DNA of 61,705 bases from an uncultured archaeon. Its GTDB lineage: Archaea > Aenigmatarchaeota > Aenigmatarchaeia > Aenigmatarchaeales > Aenigmatarchaeaceae. Numbering within the stretch: position 1 is the stretch's first letter; each line of letters starts with the position of its first letter. Where the stretch lies: the NCBI GenBank assembly GCA_964353745.1, contig CAYGWD010000002.1, positions 1 to 61,705 of the forward strand, read 5' to 3'. The notes under the pieces are model-generated. The model made no database searches, was not told where the DNA came from, and worked only from the letters and a program-made list of their open reading frames with translations. The position numbers were made by a program, and so were the translations under genes. Shown piece by piece: positions 27,288 through 36,849 of this stretch.

Positions 27288-27668
27288 ATGAATTGGAAGC
27301 AATTTCTGAAACCAGACTGGAGAAAGTTTTTTTTGTTTTGTTTGGTTTCGATTATACTTCTAAGCGTTTCAAAGGGAGCAAATATTTTAGATTTAATTAC
27401 AATAGTATTTGCAATTCCAGCATTTATTGTAATAGGAGGTTACATGATTGAAGGTGGACTTCTACCATCGCCTACTAATCGTAAGGCGTTTGTAGTAGTC
27501 TTTCAGACAATTATAGTCATTTTTTATGCTATACTAGTCTTTTTATTTTACTTGCGATATTGGAATGAAAATTGGTTTTATGGCATTCCTCTAATAGTTC
27601 TACTCATACCGTCTTTTATAATATCTTGGTCGTTAGTATGGATTTACGATAAATTGAAGAAGAAATGA
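27288..27668 (+). CDS. integral membrane protein
   Basis: Four hydrophobic segments. Confidence 0.5.
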   Translation: MNWKQFLKPDWRKFFLFCLVSIILLSVSKGANILDLITIVFAIPAFIVIGGYMIEGGLLPSPTNRKAFVVVFQTIIVIFYAILVFLFYLRYWNENWFYGIPLIVLLIPSFIISWSLVWIYDKLKKK

Positions 27669-27720
27669 CTAAAGTAAGCAGATGAAAAGTGGAATGCTAG
27701 TAGGGTTCCTGCCCTCCAAT

Positions 27721-28137
27721 TTATATCATGGTTCCAACCAAATAAATCATCAGCAACAAAACCAGAACAATCAGATATTCTCCCAACCCACCAGTTTTTA
27801 TTGGTCCATTGAACTTTGGTTTCTTTATTGGCCATAGGGGCATTATGCCTTTGTGCGTTAGCGAGTCCCCTATCAGATGAGAAATAAATCCGATGGAAAA
27901 TATTATACCGACTTCTCTGCTAAAAAATATGCCGGAGCTAAAACCTAGAAACAAAAATATTATCATGACCCATATGTTGTGCAAAAGTTTTCTGTGATAT
28001 CTCCTTGACTTTACATCCAGGTCTGGTATCAGAACGCCTACGAAGGCAAAAACCGCCATATAGATAGGGAAGTTTAGAACAAATCCGAATAGCAAGAGAA
28101 TGAGAAAGGCCAATATAAGGTGCGTCATTTTTTCCAT
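27721..28137 (-). CDS. membrane-bound metal-dependent hydrolase (YdjM/DUF457-like)
   Basis: IPDLD...HRKLLHN...HLIGDSLTHKG within TM helices. Confidence 0.6.
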   Translation of the reverse strand: MEKMTHLILAFLILLLFGFVLNFPIYMAVFAFVGVLIPDLDVKSRRYHRKLLHNIWVMIIFLFLGFSSGIFFSREVGIIFSIGFISHLIGDSLTHKGIMPLWPIKKPKFNGPIKTGGLGEYLIVLVLLLMIYLVGTMI

Positions 28138-28155
28138 AAGTAAAACTTATTAACC

Positions 28156-28818
28156 ATGTTATATAATTCTTTACTTATGAGACCCAAGGCAATATTCTTC
28201 GACGTAGACGGTACGATGATTTCTTTAGATGTTGCAATTAAAACTTTTCAAGACACTTGCAGACATTTTAAAATTGGTGTCCTAGCCAATGAAAAATTAT
28301 TAAAAAAAGCAATAGGCTATAGACTGTCCGAAACAATAGAAAATATAATTCCGGAAGCAGTACCCATTGTAAAAGATTTCATGAAGTATTTTGAAGAAAA
28401 ACAGATTGAAAACATAAAAAAACATTCTACACTCTTACCGTTCGTCAAGCTTACTATTGATTTTTTGTATAAAAGTGGAATAAAGATAGGAATTGTAACA
28501 ACCAAGAAAAGAAGTGAGGCTCTAGCTGTTTTAGAAAGATTCAAATTGCATTATAACACGTTAGTTGCAGGAGATGATGTTAGAAATAGGAAACCGCATC
28601 CTGAACCAATCTTGAAAGCCTGTGAAAACTTAGAATTAAATCCTAGATACTGTGTATTCGTTGGCGACCATCCATTCGATATGCAAGCTGCGGTTGCTGC
28701 TGGTTGCCTTCCAATAGGAGTTCTAACAGGTTGGGGAAACACAAAAAATCTTAAAGATGCAGGCGCAAAGTATATTATAAAAAATTTAAAGGAACTAATT
28801 AAATTAATAGATAGGTGA
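28156..28818 (+). CDS. HAD-superfamily phosphatase (phosphoglycolate-phosphatase-like)
   Basis: FFDVDGTM, VTTK, GDHPFDMQAA motifs. Confidence 0.75.
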   Translation: MLYNSLLMRPKAIFFDVDGTMISLDVAIKTFQDTCRHFKIGVLANEKLLKKAIGYRLSETIENIIPEAVPIVKDFMKYFEEKQIENIKKHSTLLPFVKLTIDFLYKSGIKIGIVTTKKRSEALAVLERFKLHYNTLVAGDDVRNRKPHPEPILKACENLELNPRYCVFVGDHPFDMQAAVAAGCLPIGVLTGWGNTKNLKDAGAKYIIKNLKELIKLIDR

Positions 28819-30305
28819 TAAACTTCAAGAGATTTTATGTAACCACTCCAATTTATTATGTAAATGACGTTCCCCATATCGGACATGCTTACACAACAAT
28901 AGCTGCCGACATTCTTGCTAGATGGCACAGGATGAAAGGAGAAAAAGTATTCTTCTTAACAGGTCTGGACGAGCACGGGCAGAAAATAGAAGAGGCTGCC
29001 CTGGAAATGGGACTTACACCCCAAGAACTTGTGAATTCTTTGGCGCCAAAGTTCAAGAAGACTTGGGAGAACTTGAACATAAGCAACGACGATTTCATAA
29101 GAACGACGGAAGAGAGGCATGCAGAGGTTGTTACAGAGATAATCAAGAGAATTTACAACAATGGCGACATCTACAAAGGCGAGTACGAGGGTTGGTATTG
29201 CGTGCCTTGTGAAAGTTTCTGGACAGAATTGCAGTTGGTTAATGGTAAGTGTCCTGAGTGCGGAAGAGACGTAAAGAAAATAAAAGAGGAAACCTACTTT
29301 TTCAAGTTGAGCAAATATCAACAAAAGCTCTTGGACTTCTACAACCAGAATCCAGAATTTATTTCTCCTGAGACTAGAAAGAATGAGATGGTTAACAGAG
29401 TAAAGGAAGGTTTGAAAGACATCAGCATAACAAGGACAACAGTCAAATGGGCAATTCCATTTCCCTTTAACGAGGACCATTACTTGTATGTCTGGATAGA
29501 GGCTCTTATCAACTATATAAGCGCTCTAGGCTTTACTGGAGAAAAATTCGAAACTTTCTGGCCGCCTGACGTTGAGTTGATGAGCAAGGAGATCAATTGG
29601 TTCCACAGCGTGGTATGGCCTGCAATGCTCTTTTCCGCAGGGTTAGAAACTCCAAAGAAGAATTTCATACACGGCTGGTGGACTGTTGAAGGCAGAAGAA
29701 TGGCAAAGTCTGTTGGAAATGTTGTGGACCCGAATAAGATGGTAGAGAAGTATGGAGCAGACGCTTTAAGATATTATTTGTTCAGAGAAGTTCCTTTCGG
29801 GCAGGACGGAGACTTTTCAGAGAACTCGTTGATAAGGAGATATAACACTGAGTTGGCAGATTCTCTAGGAAATTTGGTAAACAGAGTCTTGGTTTTAGTT
29901 GAGAAGAATTTTGAAGGCTTTGTACCAAAACCCTTTGAAACTAAGGTAGAAAAGCTTGCCTTGAACATTGTCAAAGCCTTTGAAGATTCTATGGAGAGGT
30001 TCGAGTTTAACAATGCTTTGAACGATATTTTCTTTTTTGTGAACGAGCTGAACAAATACGTCAACGAGCAAATGCCTTGGAAAATAAAAGACAAGGAACA
30101 ATTGTGTGGAATTCTCTATTCCCTCCTAGAGGGCTTGAGAATAATCTCTATTCTAATCTATCCGTTTATGCCAGAGAGTGCTGGCAAAATTATGACACAG
30201 TTAGGATTAGAAAAAGAATTTTCTTTTGATAAATTGAAATGGGGAGTTTTAAAATCTGGAACAAAGACTAAAAGAGACCAAGTTTTGTTCAATAAAATCA
30301 AATAA
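28815..30305 (+). CDS. metG: methionyl-tRNA synthetase (core, no C-terminal tRNA-binding domain)
   Basis: PHIGHAYT (HIGH), RMAKSVGN (KMSKS-like), CVPC...CPEC zinc knuckle. Confidence 0.9.
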   Translation: MINFKRFYVTTPIYYVNDVPHIGHAYTTIAADILARWHRMKGEKVFFLTGLDEHGQKIEEAALEMGLTPQELVNSLAPKFKKTWENLNISNDDFIRTTEERHAEVVTEIIKRIYNNGDIYKGEYEGWYCVPCESFWTELQLVNGKCPECGRDVKKIKEETYFFKLSKYQQKLLDFYNQNPEFISPETRKNEMVNRVKEGLKDISITRTTVKWAIPFPFNEDHYLYVWIEALINYISALGFTGEKFETFWPPDVELMSKEINWFHSVVWPAMLFSAGLETPKKNFIHGWWTVEGRRMAKSVGNVVDPNKMVEKYGADALRYYLFREVPFGQDGDFSENSLIRRYNTELADSLGNLVNRVLVLVEKNFEGFVPKPFETKVEKLALNIVKAFEDSMERFEFNNALNDIFFFVNELNKYVNEQMPWKIKDKEQLCGILYSLLEGLRIISILIYPFMPESAGKIMTQLGLEKEFSFDKLKWGVLKSGTKTKRDQVLFNKIK

Positions 30306-30309
30306 TTTA

Positions 30310-30663
30310 CTATCTTGCTATGTGCGCGAATGATGGTGTCATTATTACCCAATCTTCGTCAATCCCTGCAATGTCTCCGTTTGTTGCTATGCACGTTTTT
30401 CTTAGTTTGTCTATAGCTCTCTTCAATTCTGAAATATCCTTGCCTCTCAAGGCCTTTATCTTTACGAGAACTATGTTGCCGTCTCTTATCTGTTTCTGAA
30501 TTCTGTCAGTGTCTGAAAAATCTTCTAGCTTGTCAACCTTTATTGGAACCTTTCCGCTTGGTGTTTCTACGTCTTGCGTGTCCAGTTCTATAAACTCTTC
30601 TTCGTTTAATTCTTTAAAGCCCTTTCCAAAAAGTTTTTCAAAAACCATTTTCTTTACCTCCAA
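30310..30663 (-). CDS. sepF: cell division protein SepF (DUF552)
   Basis: GNIVLVKIKALRGKDISELKRAIDKLRK...GDIAGIDEDWVIMTP; alternative start at 30648. Confidence 0.75.
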   Translation of the reverse strand: MEVKKMVFEKLFGKGFKELNEEEFIELDTQDVETPSGKVPIKVDKLEDFSDTDRIQKQIRDGNIVLVKIKALRGKDISELKRAIDKLRKTCIATNGDIAGIDEDWVIMTPSFAHIAR

Positions 30664-30702
30664 AATTATTATAATCTTAATTATATTCTAACATATAAAT
30701 AG

Positions 30703-30945
30703 CTATTTCTGTGCGCTCTCCAGTATCGAAACTATGTTCCATATCTGCGTTCTAGTGTAAGTTGGTATGTTAGGATCATTAGAAATCTCATCCATGTTCG
30801 ATATAACTGTGTTGACTCTTATGGCAATGTCCTGCTTCTCGTCCTTTAGTATGTTAATCGATTCTTCGCACTTAGTTCTGATATTCCTAGGGACAGACCT
30901 GTCGCTAACAACTTGTTCAATGATAGGGATAACATTTTCAAACAT
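30703..30945 (-). CDS. UPF0147 family protein
   Basis: DRSVPRNIR and ISNDPNIPTYTRTQIWNIVSILE are characteristic of archaeal UPF0147. Confidence 0.7.
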   Translation of the reverse strand: MFENVIPIIEQVVSDRSVPRNIRTKCEESINILKDEKQDIAIRVNTVISNMDEISNDPNIPTYTRTQIWNIVSILESAQK

Positions 30946-31049
30946 TCAAAACACCATGCCATAAGCATCATACTTCAAATACCTTGTCCTTAAGAATTTA
31001 AATATTTAATTGATTTGACCCTTTTTCTGCACTTTACGTGTAATAAGTT

Positions 31050-31790
31050 GTGAATGAAGCAAAAATAACTTTAAATCTTTTTCTTTATATTATTAGTTTT
31101 ATGGAAGTAGCAAACGGAGTAAAGGTTCTAGAAGATGGAAAAGTATATGCACCTATAAAATTTTTTGGTGAGGAATTTAAATACCAAGGGAAAGATATTG
31201 TTCCTGATATAAATAAGGTTGTTGAACAAACTATAGAGGAATTCCCAGATTTTGCTAATAAAAATCTCGCTTTTGTGCTTTATGAGTGCTCGCACAATAA
31301 TGGTTTTGCAACAACGAATACGCAAGTAAGAAAAACTGCCATCAAAAATAATCAGCACTGGGTTTGTGGCGGGGTAAATGTTAGTCCTGCTGTTGGAGGA
31401 ACTGAGGAAGTTGAAAAACAGATTCCAAGATTCGAAGAACTTTTAGACAAAGAGGGATTCGTTCACAAAGAACTTAAACCAGATGAAATAAGCTTAAATA
31501 TGAAAATGGAAAAAGAAAGAAACAAAATGCTTTCATGCATGGAAATTTGTCCAGATTATAGATTCGCTTTGTTTAGAAGTGATATGCGACCTGAATATTT
31601 CATTTATGGTCACCATGCTTATGCCGAAGGTCCGAAGAGGAATTTCCCATCGTTAGAAAAAGTTAAAGCCGATGCTTTAAATGTCGCAGCAATTACTCAA
31701 GCTATGAATGATGCTTTTAGAAATACATTTTTAGAATTAGAAATGCCTAAAGATAACCCTGAAGATGACATCAAGGATTACTGTGTTTGA
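31050..31790 (+). CDS. hypothetical protein
   Basis: Open frame; start uncertain (GTG 31050 or ATG 31101). Confidence 0.4.
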   Translation: MNEAKITLNLFLYIISFMEVANGVKVLEDGKVYAPIKFFGEEFKYQGKDIVPDINKVVEQTIEEFPDFANKNLAFVLYECSHNNGFATTNTQVRKTAIKNNQHWVCGGVNVSPAVGGTEEVEKQIPRFEELLDKEGFVHKELKPDEISLNMKMEKERNKMLSCMEICPDYRFALFRSDMRPEYFIYGHHAYAEGPKRNFPSLEKVKADALNVAAITQAMNDAFRNTFLELEMPKDNPEDDIKDYCV

Positions 31791-31809
31791 ATAATTTACT
31801 AATTAGATT

Positions 31810-32175
31810 TTACTCAGCACTAGCTTTTTCCTGCCCTTTGAATATCTCTTCAAACCTTTCCTGCGATTCCTTCAGCTTGTCCTTTAGTCTAGCTTCCTGC
31901 TTTTGCAAACTTTTGATTCTAAGGTCTATAGTTTCTTTCTTTTCGTTCAATTCCTTGGTTAAATCTTTTTTTGTTGACTTTATAAGAATAGGACCAACAG
32001 CCTTGTAGACATCGTCATGTTCGCTCTTGCCCAATTCCTCCAAGGCCTTTTCAATATCCATGTTCTGCATGCTTAGGCTTTCCTTCTGCATAAGCACTGT
32101 CTGCATCTGTTGTTGAAACGTCTGCAACTCCATCAAGACTTGTTGCGCTTCAGGACTTAATTTTATCTCAGCCAT
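31810..32175 (-). CDS. pfdB: prefoldin subunit beta
   Basis: MAEIKLSPEAQQVLMELQTFQQQMQ coiled-coil/beta-hairpin pattern; position in the superoperon. Confidence 0.8.
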   Translation of the reverse strand: MAEIKLSPEAQQVLMELQTFQQQMQTVLMQKESLSMQNMDIEKALEELGKSEHDDVYKAVGPILIKSTKKDLTKELNEKKETIDLRIKSLQKQEARLKDKLKESQERFEEIFKGQEKASAE

Positions 32176-32176
32176 T

Positions 32177-32395
32177 TTATGCCTCCAAACCATCTATCGA
32201 TGTTTTAATCAGTCTCATATACGAATTAATGCCGGCTAACAGGCCTGACACATCTTCTGCTTCTAATTTTAGTTTTAATCTGTCCTTGCCTGCCTCTATT
32301 TTAACAGTAAATTTTTTCGTTTCCTCTGTCTCCGGCTTCAGCGCTTTGACGACTATGTCGGGTCTTTCGCATTCTATCTCTATCTCAGCCTTCAT
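32177..32395 (-). CDS. pcc1: KEOPS complex subunit Pcc1
   Basis: 72-aa CTAG/Pcc1-like sequence (SGLLAGINSYMRLIKT); conserved position next to pfdB. Confidence 0.7.
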   Translation of the reverse strand: MKAEIEIECERPDIVVKALKPETEETKKFTVKIEAGKDRLKLKLEAEDVSGLLAGINSYMRLIKTSIDGLEA

Positions 32396-32396
32396 T

Positions 32397-32531
32397 TTAA
32401 TCTGCTTTTACTTTCTTGATTGTTTTAGGGGTGTCTTTGTATATGATCCTATAACCGCAATAAGGACATCTTATCTTGTCCTTTACTCTCTCCATCTCAA
32501 TATCCTTTCCGCATTTAAGACATTTATACAT
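32397..32531 (-). CDS. rpoP: DNA-directed RNA polymerase subunit P (Rpo12)
   Basis: MYKCLKCGK...RCPYCGYRI zinc ribbon, 44 aa; the track ORF is extended upstream. Confidence 0.8.
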   Translation of the reverse strand: MYKCLKCGKDIEMERVKDKIRCPYCGYRIIYKDTPKTIKKVKAD

Positions 32532-32757
32532 TTTGCTCACTCTTTGGAAAGTATGCAGCGCCTGCGAACTTTGACTTGCACTTTTTGCAATACCATACTC
32601 CTGCTGCAATTCTTTTCAGCGCAGGCCTTTCGCAATAAGGGCAAACCTTTTCTTTTTTCATTCTGCCTTCTATTTCCCTTATTGCTTTTTTTGTTTTGTT
32701 TCCGTATCTCACTCCATATCTGCCGGTCGAACCAACCTTCAGTGTTTTCTTTGCCAT
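32524..32757 (-). CDS. rpl37ae: 50S ribosomal protein L37Ae (eL43)
   Basis: GSTGRYGVRYG...CPYC...WYCKKC. Confidence 0.9.
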   Translation of the reverse strand: MAKKTLKVGSTGRYGVRYGNKTKKAIREIEGRMKKEKVCPYCERPALKRIAAGVWYCKKCKSKFAGAAYFPKSEQNV

Positions 32758-32758
32758 A

Positions 32759-33541
32759 TCATCCCTTTACCATATTCCTAATTTCTTTACCTTTTAATAT
32801 TGATAAATCTACTGCTTTCTCCAGCTCCTCTGTAGTTAAATAGCCGTCACCGCCTTTTTGGGCAGCGCATAAATCTCCCTTTTCATTTGTGGTTAGAGTT
32901 ATTCTCGCGTCCAAGGCGTTCTCTTCTTCAACCGTAGAGTCTATTAAAAGTTTGTCAGATATCTTAACAGTGGTTATCGCTATTGGGACATCTCTCACCG
33001 GAAGGTCCCTGTCTTTTGCTTCAAGATTTATTTTTCCATTCTCATACTTTGGAACTTTTGTGTTTAGCAGAGCTGCTATCGCTCCTATTGCGCTTGCGTC
33101 GATCAAGTTTCCGTCATGGTCCAGAACATATATGTCAACGTTTATCATCCAAACCTTTTTTCCTTCTTCTATGCATAATGACTCCAAGTCAATGCACTTG
33201 CTCTCTCTTATGCCTCTGTCAACCACTCTTGCCAACTCAATGGCGTTTTCGTTTGGTGGTCCTGATTCAAAGGTGGGCGATGCTACTGGAACCAGTTCTG
33301 CATTGACAATCAGCACGCCTTCATTGGGCATATCCGGATAAGGTTCTCCCACGCTCATTTTCACACCGACCAAAACATGCGTGTTGCCTATCAATACTCT
33401 GGCAGAACCTTCGGCAGTCTTAATAACATTCTTCTCTATTTTTATTGGTCTGAACTCATCAAATTTTCTCTCGTCAACTCTCATTTCCTCTTCTACCAAT
33501 TTTCTAACGTAACTTTCACTGGTCTTCAACATTTTCTTCAC
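32759..33541 (-). CDS. rrp42: exosome complex component Rrp42
   Basis: RNase PH-like fold; third gene of the rrp4-rrp41-rrp42 order. Confidence 0.85.
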   Translation of the reverse strand: MKKMLKTSESYVRKLVEEEMRVDERKFDEFRPIKIEKNVIKTAEGSARVLIGNTHVLVGVKMSVGEPYPDMPNEGVLIVNAELVPVASPTFESGPPNENAIELARVVDRGIRESKCIDLESLCIEEGKKVWMINVDIYVLDHDGNLIDASAIGAIAALLNTKVPKYENGKINLEAKDRDLPVRDVPIAITTVKISDKLLIDSTVEEENALDARITLTTNEKGDLCAAQKGGDGYLTTEELEKAVDLSILKGKEIRNMVKG

Positions 33542-34262
33542 CTGTTTTATATTTTTCTCTTAAAGCACTAACCTGCTTTTCATAAACCGTAGCGCAGCCT
33601 TTTTTAGCCAAGTTAATCAATTGCAGAAACTCTTCTCTGGTTATTATTCCATCCAACTGTAATAGAACTATCTTGTCTTCGTTACCAATAGTTGCGACCG
33701 CCATATCTACCTCACCTTCGCAGTCCTCATCACCTGCAACGTCCAACACGATTTGTCCGTCGACCTTTCCAGCGCTGCAAGAGCTTATCAAATTTTTCAT
33801 TGAAACTCCTGCTTCTGCCAAGGCAAGTGATGCAGCGTTCAATCCTGCGCATCTTGTTGAGGCATTGGCTTGCAATATTTCTACGAAAACATCGATCGCA
33901 GTTTTTGGATAGTCTTCAAAGAAGATTACGTTTGATAATGCTTCTTTTATTACCTTTGATATTTCAATGCTTCTTCTGTTTGTTCCAGGTCTTCCCCTTT
34001 CTGTTGTTGCAAAAGGAGCCATGGAATATCTGCATCTTAAGAATGCTTTTTGAGGGTCTTGAAGATGCTTTGGATGCATTGTCTTAGGTCCGAATACGGC
34101 TGACAAAGCGTACGTATCTCCGAATTTGAAAACAGCAGAGCCGTTAGCTCTTTTTAACACACCGACCTCCAAGCTTATAGGTCTGAAATCTTCAAAGCCT
34201 CTTCCGTCCATTCTTTTTCCGTCAATAATCATTTTTATTTTTTCTTCTGTCATATTAATCAC
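33516..34262 (-). CDS. rrp41: exosome complex exonuclease Rrp41
   Basis: RNase PH domain, DGRGFEDFRPI, ~245 aa. Confidence 0.85.
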   Translation of the reverse strand: MINMTEEKIKMIIDGKRMDGRGFEDFRPISLEVGVLKRANGSAVFKFGDTYALSAVFGPKTMHPKHLQDPQKAFLRCRYSMAPFATTERGRPGTNRRSIEISKVIKEALSNVIFFEDYPKTAIDVFVEILQANASTRCAGLNAASLALAEAGVSMKNLISSCSAGKVDGQIVLDVAGDEDCEGEVDMAVATIGNEDKIVLLQLDGIITREEFLQLINLAKKGCATVYEKQVSALREKYKTGEENVEDQ

Positions 34263-34947
34263 CTTTCTCCAATAACTGTGATACCTTGTCCGTCAAACCA
34301 ACAATGTGCGACTCGGCATTGATTGTCAAGACAGCTTTTGCAGCCAAACCTTCCTTCTCGCCTTTTATCCAGACTACACCGTTCTGTCCGACTATTATCT
34401 GGCATTTTGTTTGGTTCTTTATCTGTTCAATCATCGAGCCGTCCTTTCCTATTAGCCTTGGAACTTTGGAAGGTGTGATATTTAACAGTCGTCCACCTAT
34501 CAGTTTCCTTGATCTGTGATCGTTCATCGTTAATTGAACCTGCTTGGATTTTGAAACATTTAAAACCTTTGCGTATATCAAATCTCCGATATCATAGTAA
34601 ACAGATATATCCGTTTTCGTCAAATCGACATACTCTCCCACAGCCTCGCCTAAGGTCAGTATGGCATCGTATGGTGAGTTTATATCGACTATCCACATGG
34701 TAGTTTGCATATCCTCTACGAATCCTATAATTCCGTCGCCTTGTCTTGGTATGTAAACTCCTGCCAAAGGAACGACTCCTAAAAATCTTTCCTTTATCTT
34801 TACCAAGCCCATTAACTTTGCTTTTATTCTGTTGTTCTCTCTAAAGCATCCTGAAGACGGTAAAAAGTCTAAACCTGTCGCTAGCGTTTCTCCAGGAATT
34901 ACGAATTGCCTTTCATTAACCAACAATTCCGATTTTATATTATCCAT
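34255..34947 (-). CDS. rrp4: exosome complex RNA-binding protein Rrp4 (S1 + KH)
   Basis: S1 and KH (LIGKDGSMIEQIK) domains; ATG at 34947 avoids overlap with the SBDS gene. Confidence 0.85.
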   Translation of the reverse strand: MDNIKSELLVNERQFVIPGETLATGLDFLPSSGCFRENNRIKAKLMGLVKIKERFLGVVPLAGVYIPRQGDGIIGFVEDMQTTMWIVDINSPYDAILTLGEAVGEYVDLTKTDISVYYDIGDLIYAKVLNVSKSKQVQLTMNDHRSRKLIGGRLLNITPSKVPRLIGKDGSMIEQIKNQTKCQIIVGQNGVVWIKGEKEGLAAKAVLTINAESHIVGLTDKVSQLLEKGD

Positions 34948-34957
34948 TTTAATCACC

Positions 34958-35659
34958 TTAAATTTTTTTAAACACCTTAACTTCGACCTGACCATGAGTC
35001 AAGTCATTCAACCTATTGTAAACGTCTGGTTGCATTCCAGCCGGTATTTCTATCAAGCAAATATAACTTCCATCTTTTGCCCACTCTTCCCTAATGATTG
35101 TTCCTAGACTTCTTACAACGCTACCAGCCTTTCCGGCAAAAGAAGGAGGAATCTTGATTGCTAGTTGTACTTTTTCAAATTTTATTGGTATGATAGTCTG
35201 TATCTTAGTTAACACCTCGTCAATCTGTTCCTCGACTCTTTTTTCCAAGTCAATTCTAACCTTTGACTGCTCCATTGCCCTGAGTATTCTGTCAGCAGGA
35301 TGAGGAAAATTTGTTTGAGGATTGACCCCTCTTTTGGATATTGTGTTCGCGATTGCCCTGGTCTTTTCGTCGAGCATAGCCTTCCTCTGTTCCGTAGTTA
35401 TCTGAACGTCACCTTCTTTAATAATGGTGAAGACTATCTTCTTGAGATCATTTGTTCCAAAGGCTTGGCTTATATTTACGGCAGAAGCTCTCAGTCCTTT
35501 TTTTGAGTCTTCGAATATCTCCTCAGAGGCTATCAATTCTTCTAGGGCAATTTCTTTTCCAGTTCTCAAATCCATTGCTTTTACAGGATCAACCAATATT
35601 TCGAATTTTAATCCATTCTTTGTTAATTTGGCTATAACAGCCTTCTCTAAAGAAATCAA
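34958..35659 (-). CDS. ribosome maturation protein SBDS/Sdo1
   Basis: FEILVDP...KGLRAS pattern, ~233 aa; canonical superoperon position. Confidence 0.85.
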   Translation of the reverse strand: MISLEKAVIAKLTKNGLKFEILVDPVKAMDLRTGKEIALEELIASEEIFEDSKKGLRASAVNISQAFGTNDLKKIVFTIIKEGDVQITTEQRKAMLDEKTRAIANTISKRGVNPQTNFPHPADRILRAMEQSKVRIDLEKRVEEQIDEVLTKIQTIIPIKFEKVQLAIKIPPSFAGKAGSVVRSLGTIIREEWAKDGSYICLIEIPAGMQPDVYNRLNDLTHGQVEVKVFKKI

Positions 35660-35686
35660 GTAATCTACCTTCTAAATTAATAAGTA

Positions 35687-36382
35687 TCACCAAAATTTCT
35701 TAATGAACTTCAAGCCCTCGTCACCATAAAATTTCTTGAAACCTTTACTGTTGATAACAGCTAACTCAACCTCTGTTGCCTTTACTCCCTTTTCTCCTGA
35801 TTTCAGAGCCTTTATCGCAATCTTAATCGCATCCTCTTCTGCCATATTATCTTTCCATTCTTTCCTCAAAATCTTCAAAGCCTCTGGTGCTCCTCTTCCT
35901 ATTGCATGCGCTTTCCAGCCATAAAATGTGGAAGAAGGATCTATCTCAAATAATTGCGGTCCTTTTTCATCGATTCCACCAAGCAAGAAGGCGACACCGA
36001 AAGGTCTAACACCACCATATTGAGAATATAGTTGCATGATATCAGAAATCTCTTTAACAACTCCTAACACGTCTAAAGGTTCGTCGTAAGTTAATCTATA
36101 TATCTGTGCCTTAATTCTTCCTCTGTCAACCAATATTCTTCCATCTGCTAAAAATCCAGATATTGCGGCTCCTAAATTGTCGTCTATTTGGAATACTTTT
36201 TCTCCGCCTGCGTTCGGTACTGCCAGTTCCATCAATGGTCTTGTTCCTGCGAGAACTATTCCATTAGCAAATATTACACCTATGGATGTGGTTCCGCGCT
36301 TAACAGCCTCTCTGGCGTACTCTATCTGGAACAATCTTCCGTCAGGAGAAAATGTTACTATTGCTCTATCATAACCCATCAT
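35687..36382 (-). CDS. psmA: proteasome subunit alpha
   Basis: YDRAIVTFSPDGRLFQIEYA N-terminus. Confidence 0.9.
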   Translation of the reverse strand: MMGYDRAIVTFSPDGRLFQIEYAREAVKRGTTSIGVIFANGIVLAGTRPLMELAVPNAGGEKVFQIDDNLGAAISGFLADGRILVDRGRIKAQIYRLTYDEPLDVLGVVKEISDIMQLYSQYGGVRPFGVAFLLGGIDEKGPQLFEIDPSSTFYGWKAHAIGRGAPEALKILRKEWKDNMAEEDAIKIAIKALKSGEKGVKATEVELAVINSKGFKKFYGDEGLKFIKKFW

Positions 36383-36450
36383 TTCTGGTATTGCTTGAAT
36401 AAAATCACCTATAATTTATAATTTTTAATGTAGTTCTAAATTTATAAAGG

Positions 36451-36849
36451 TTATTCAATGAACTCGTTTAGCCTAGATTCTCCAAAGAATTTCATTTTCG
36501 TTGCTTTTATAGAACCGGAAATTCCCAGAACCCTGAAAACAACTCTCACATCGCCTATCCTTTGAATCAAGGCTAGAGAAGCTCTGATCTGTTCCACGTC
36601 GTTGTGGGAGCATCTCAATATTCCCATCTGCCTTTTCTCATCGTATGCGTCCTTGATAACTTTTATATTGGCCTTGGACGTGCCCATCTCTCCTATGAAG
36701 TTTAAGATAGAGTGCCATATCGTGTTGATCAAGTCTTGCAAAAATATATTCTGTTCAGAGATTACATGGAAAGCTAGATATCTTGTTCTTCCTCTAAGAC
36801 TAGGAGGCAATATTTTCGGTCTTTTTTCTTCTTCCATAAAATCACTCAA
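36451..36849 (-). CDS. rnp2: RNase P protein component 2 (Pop5)
   Basis: PPSLRGRTRYLAF... pattern, 132 aa, next to Rpp30. Confidence 0.75.
   Translation of the reverse strand: MSDFMEEEKRPKILPPSLRGRTRYLAFHVISEQNIFLQDLINTIWHSILNFIGEMGTSKANIKVIKDAYDEKRQMGILRCSHNDVEQIRASLALIQRIGDVRVVFRVLGISGSIKATKMKFFGESRLNEFIE

Noticed and set aside
32229-32843. 204-aa plus-strand ORF
   Set aside because: It is antisense to the well-supported pcc1, rpoP and rpl37ae genes, and its composition is low-complexity Ser/Phe/Leu.
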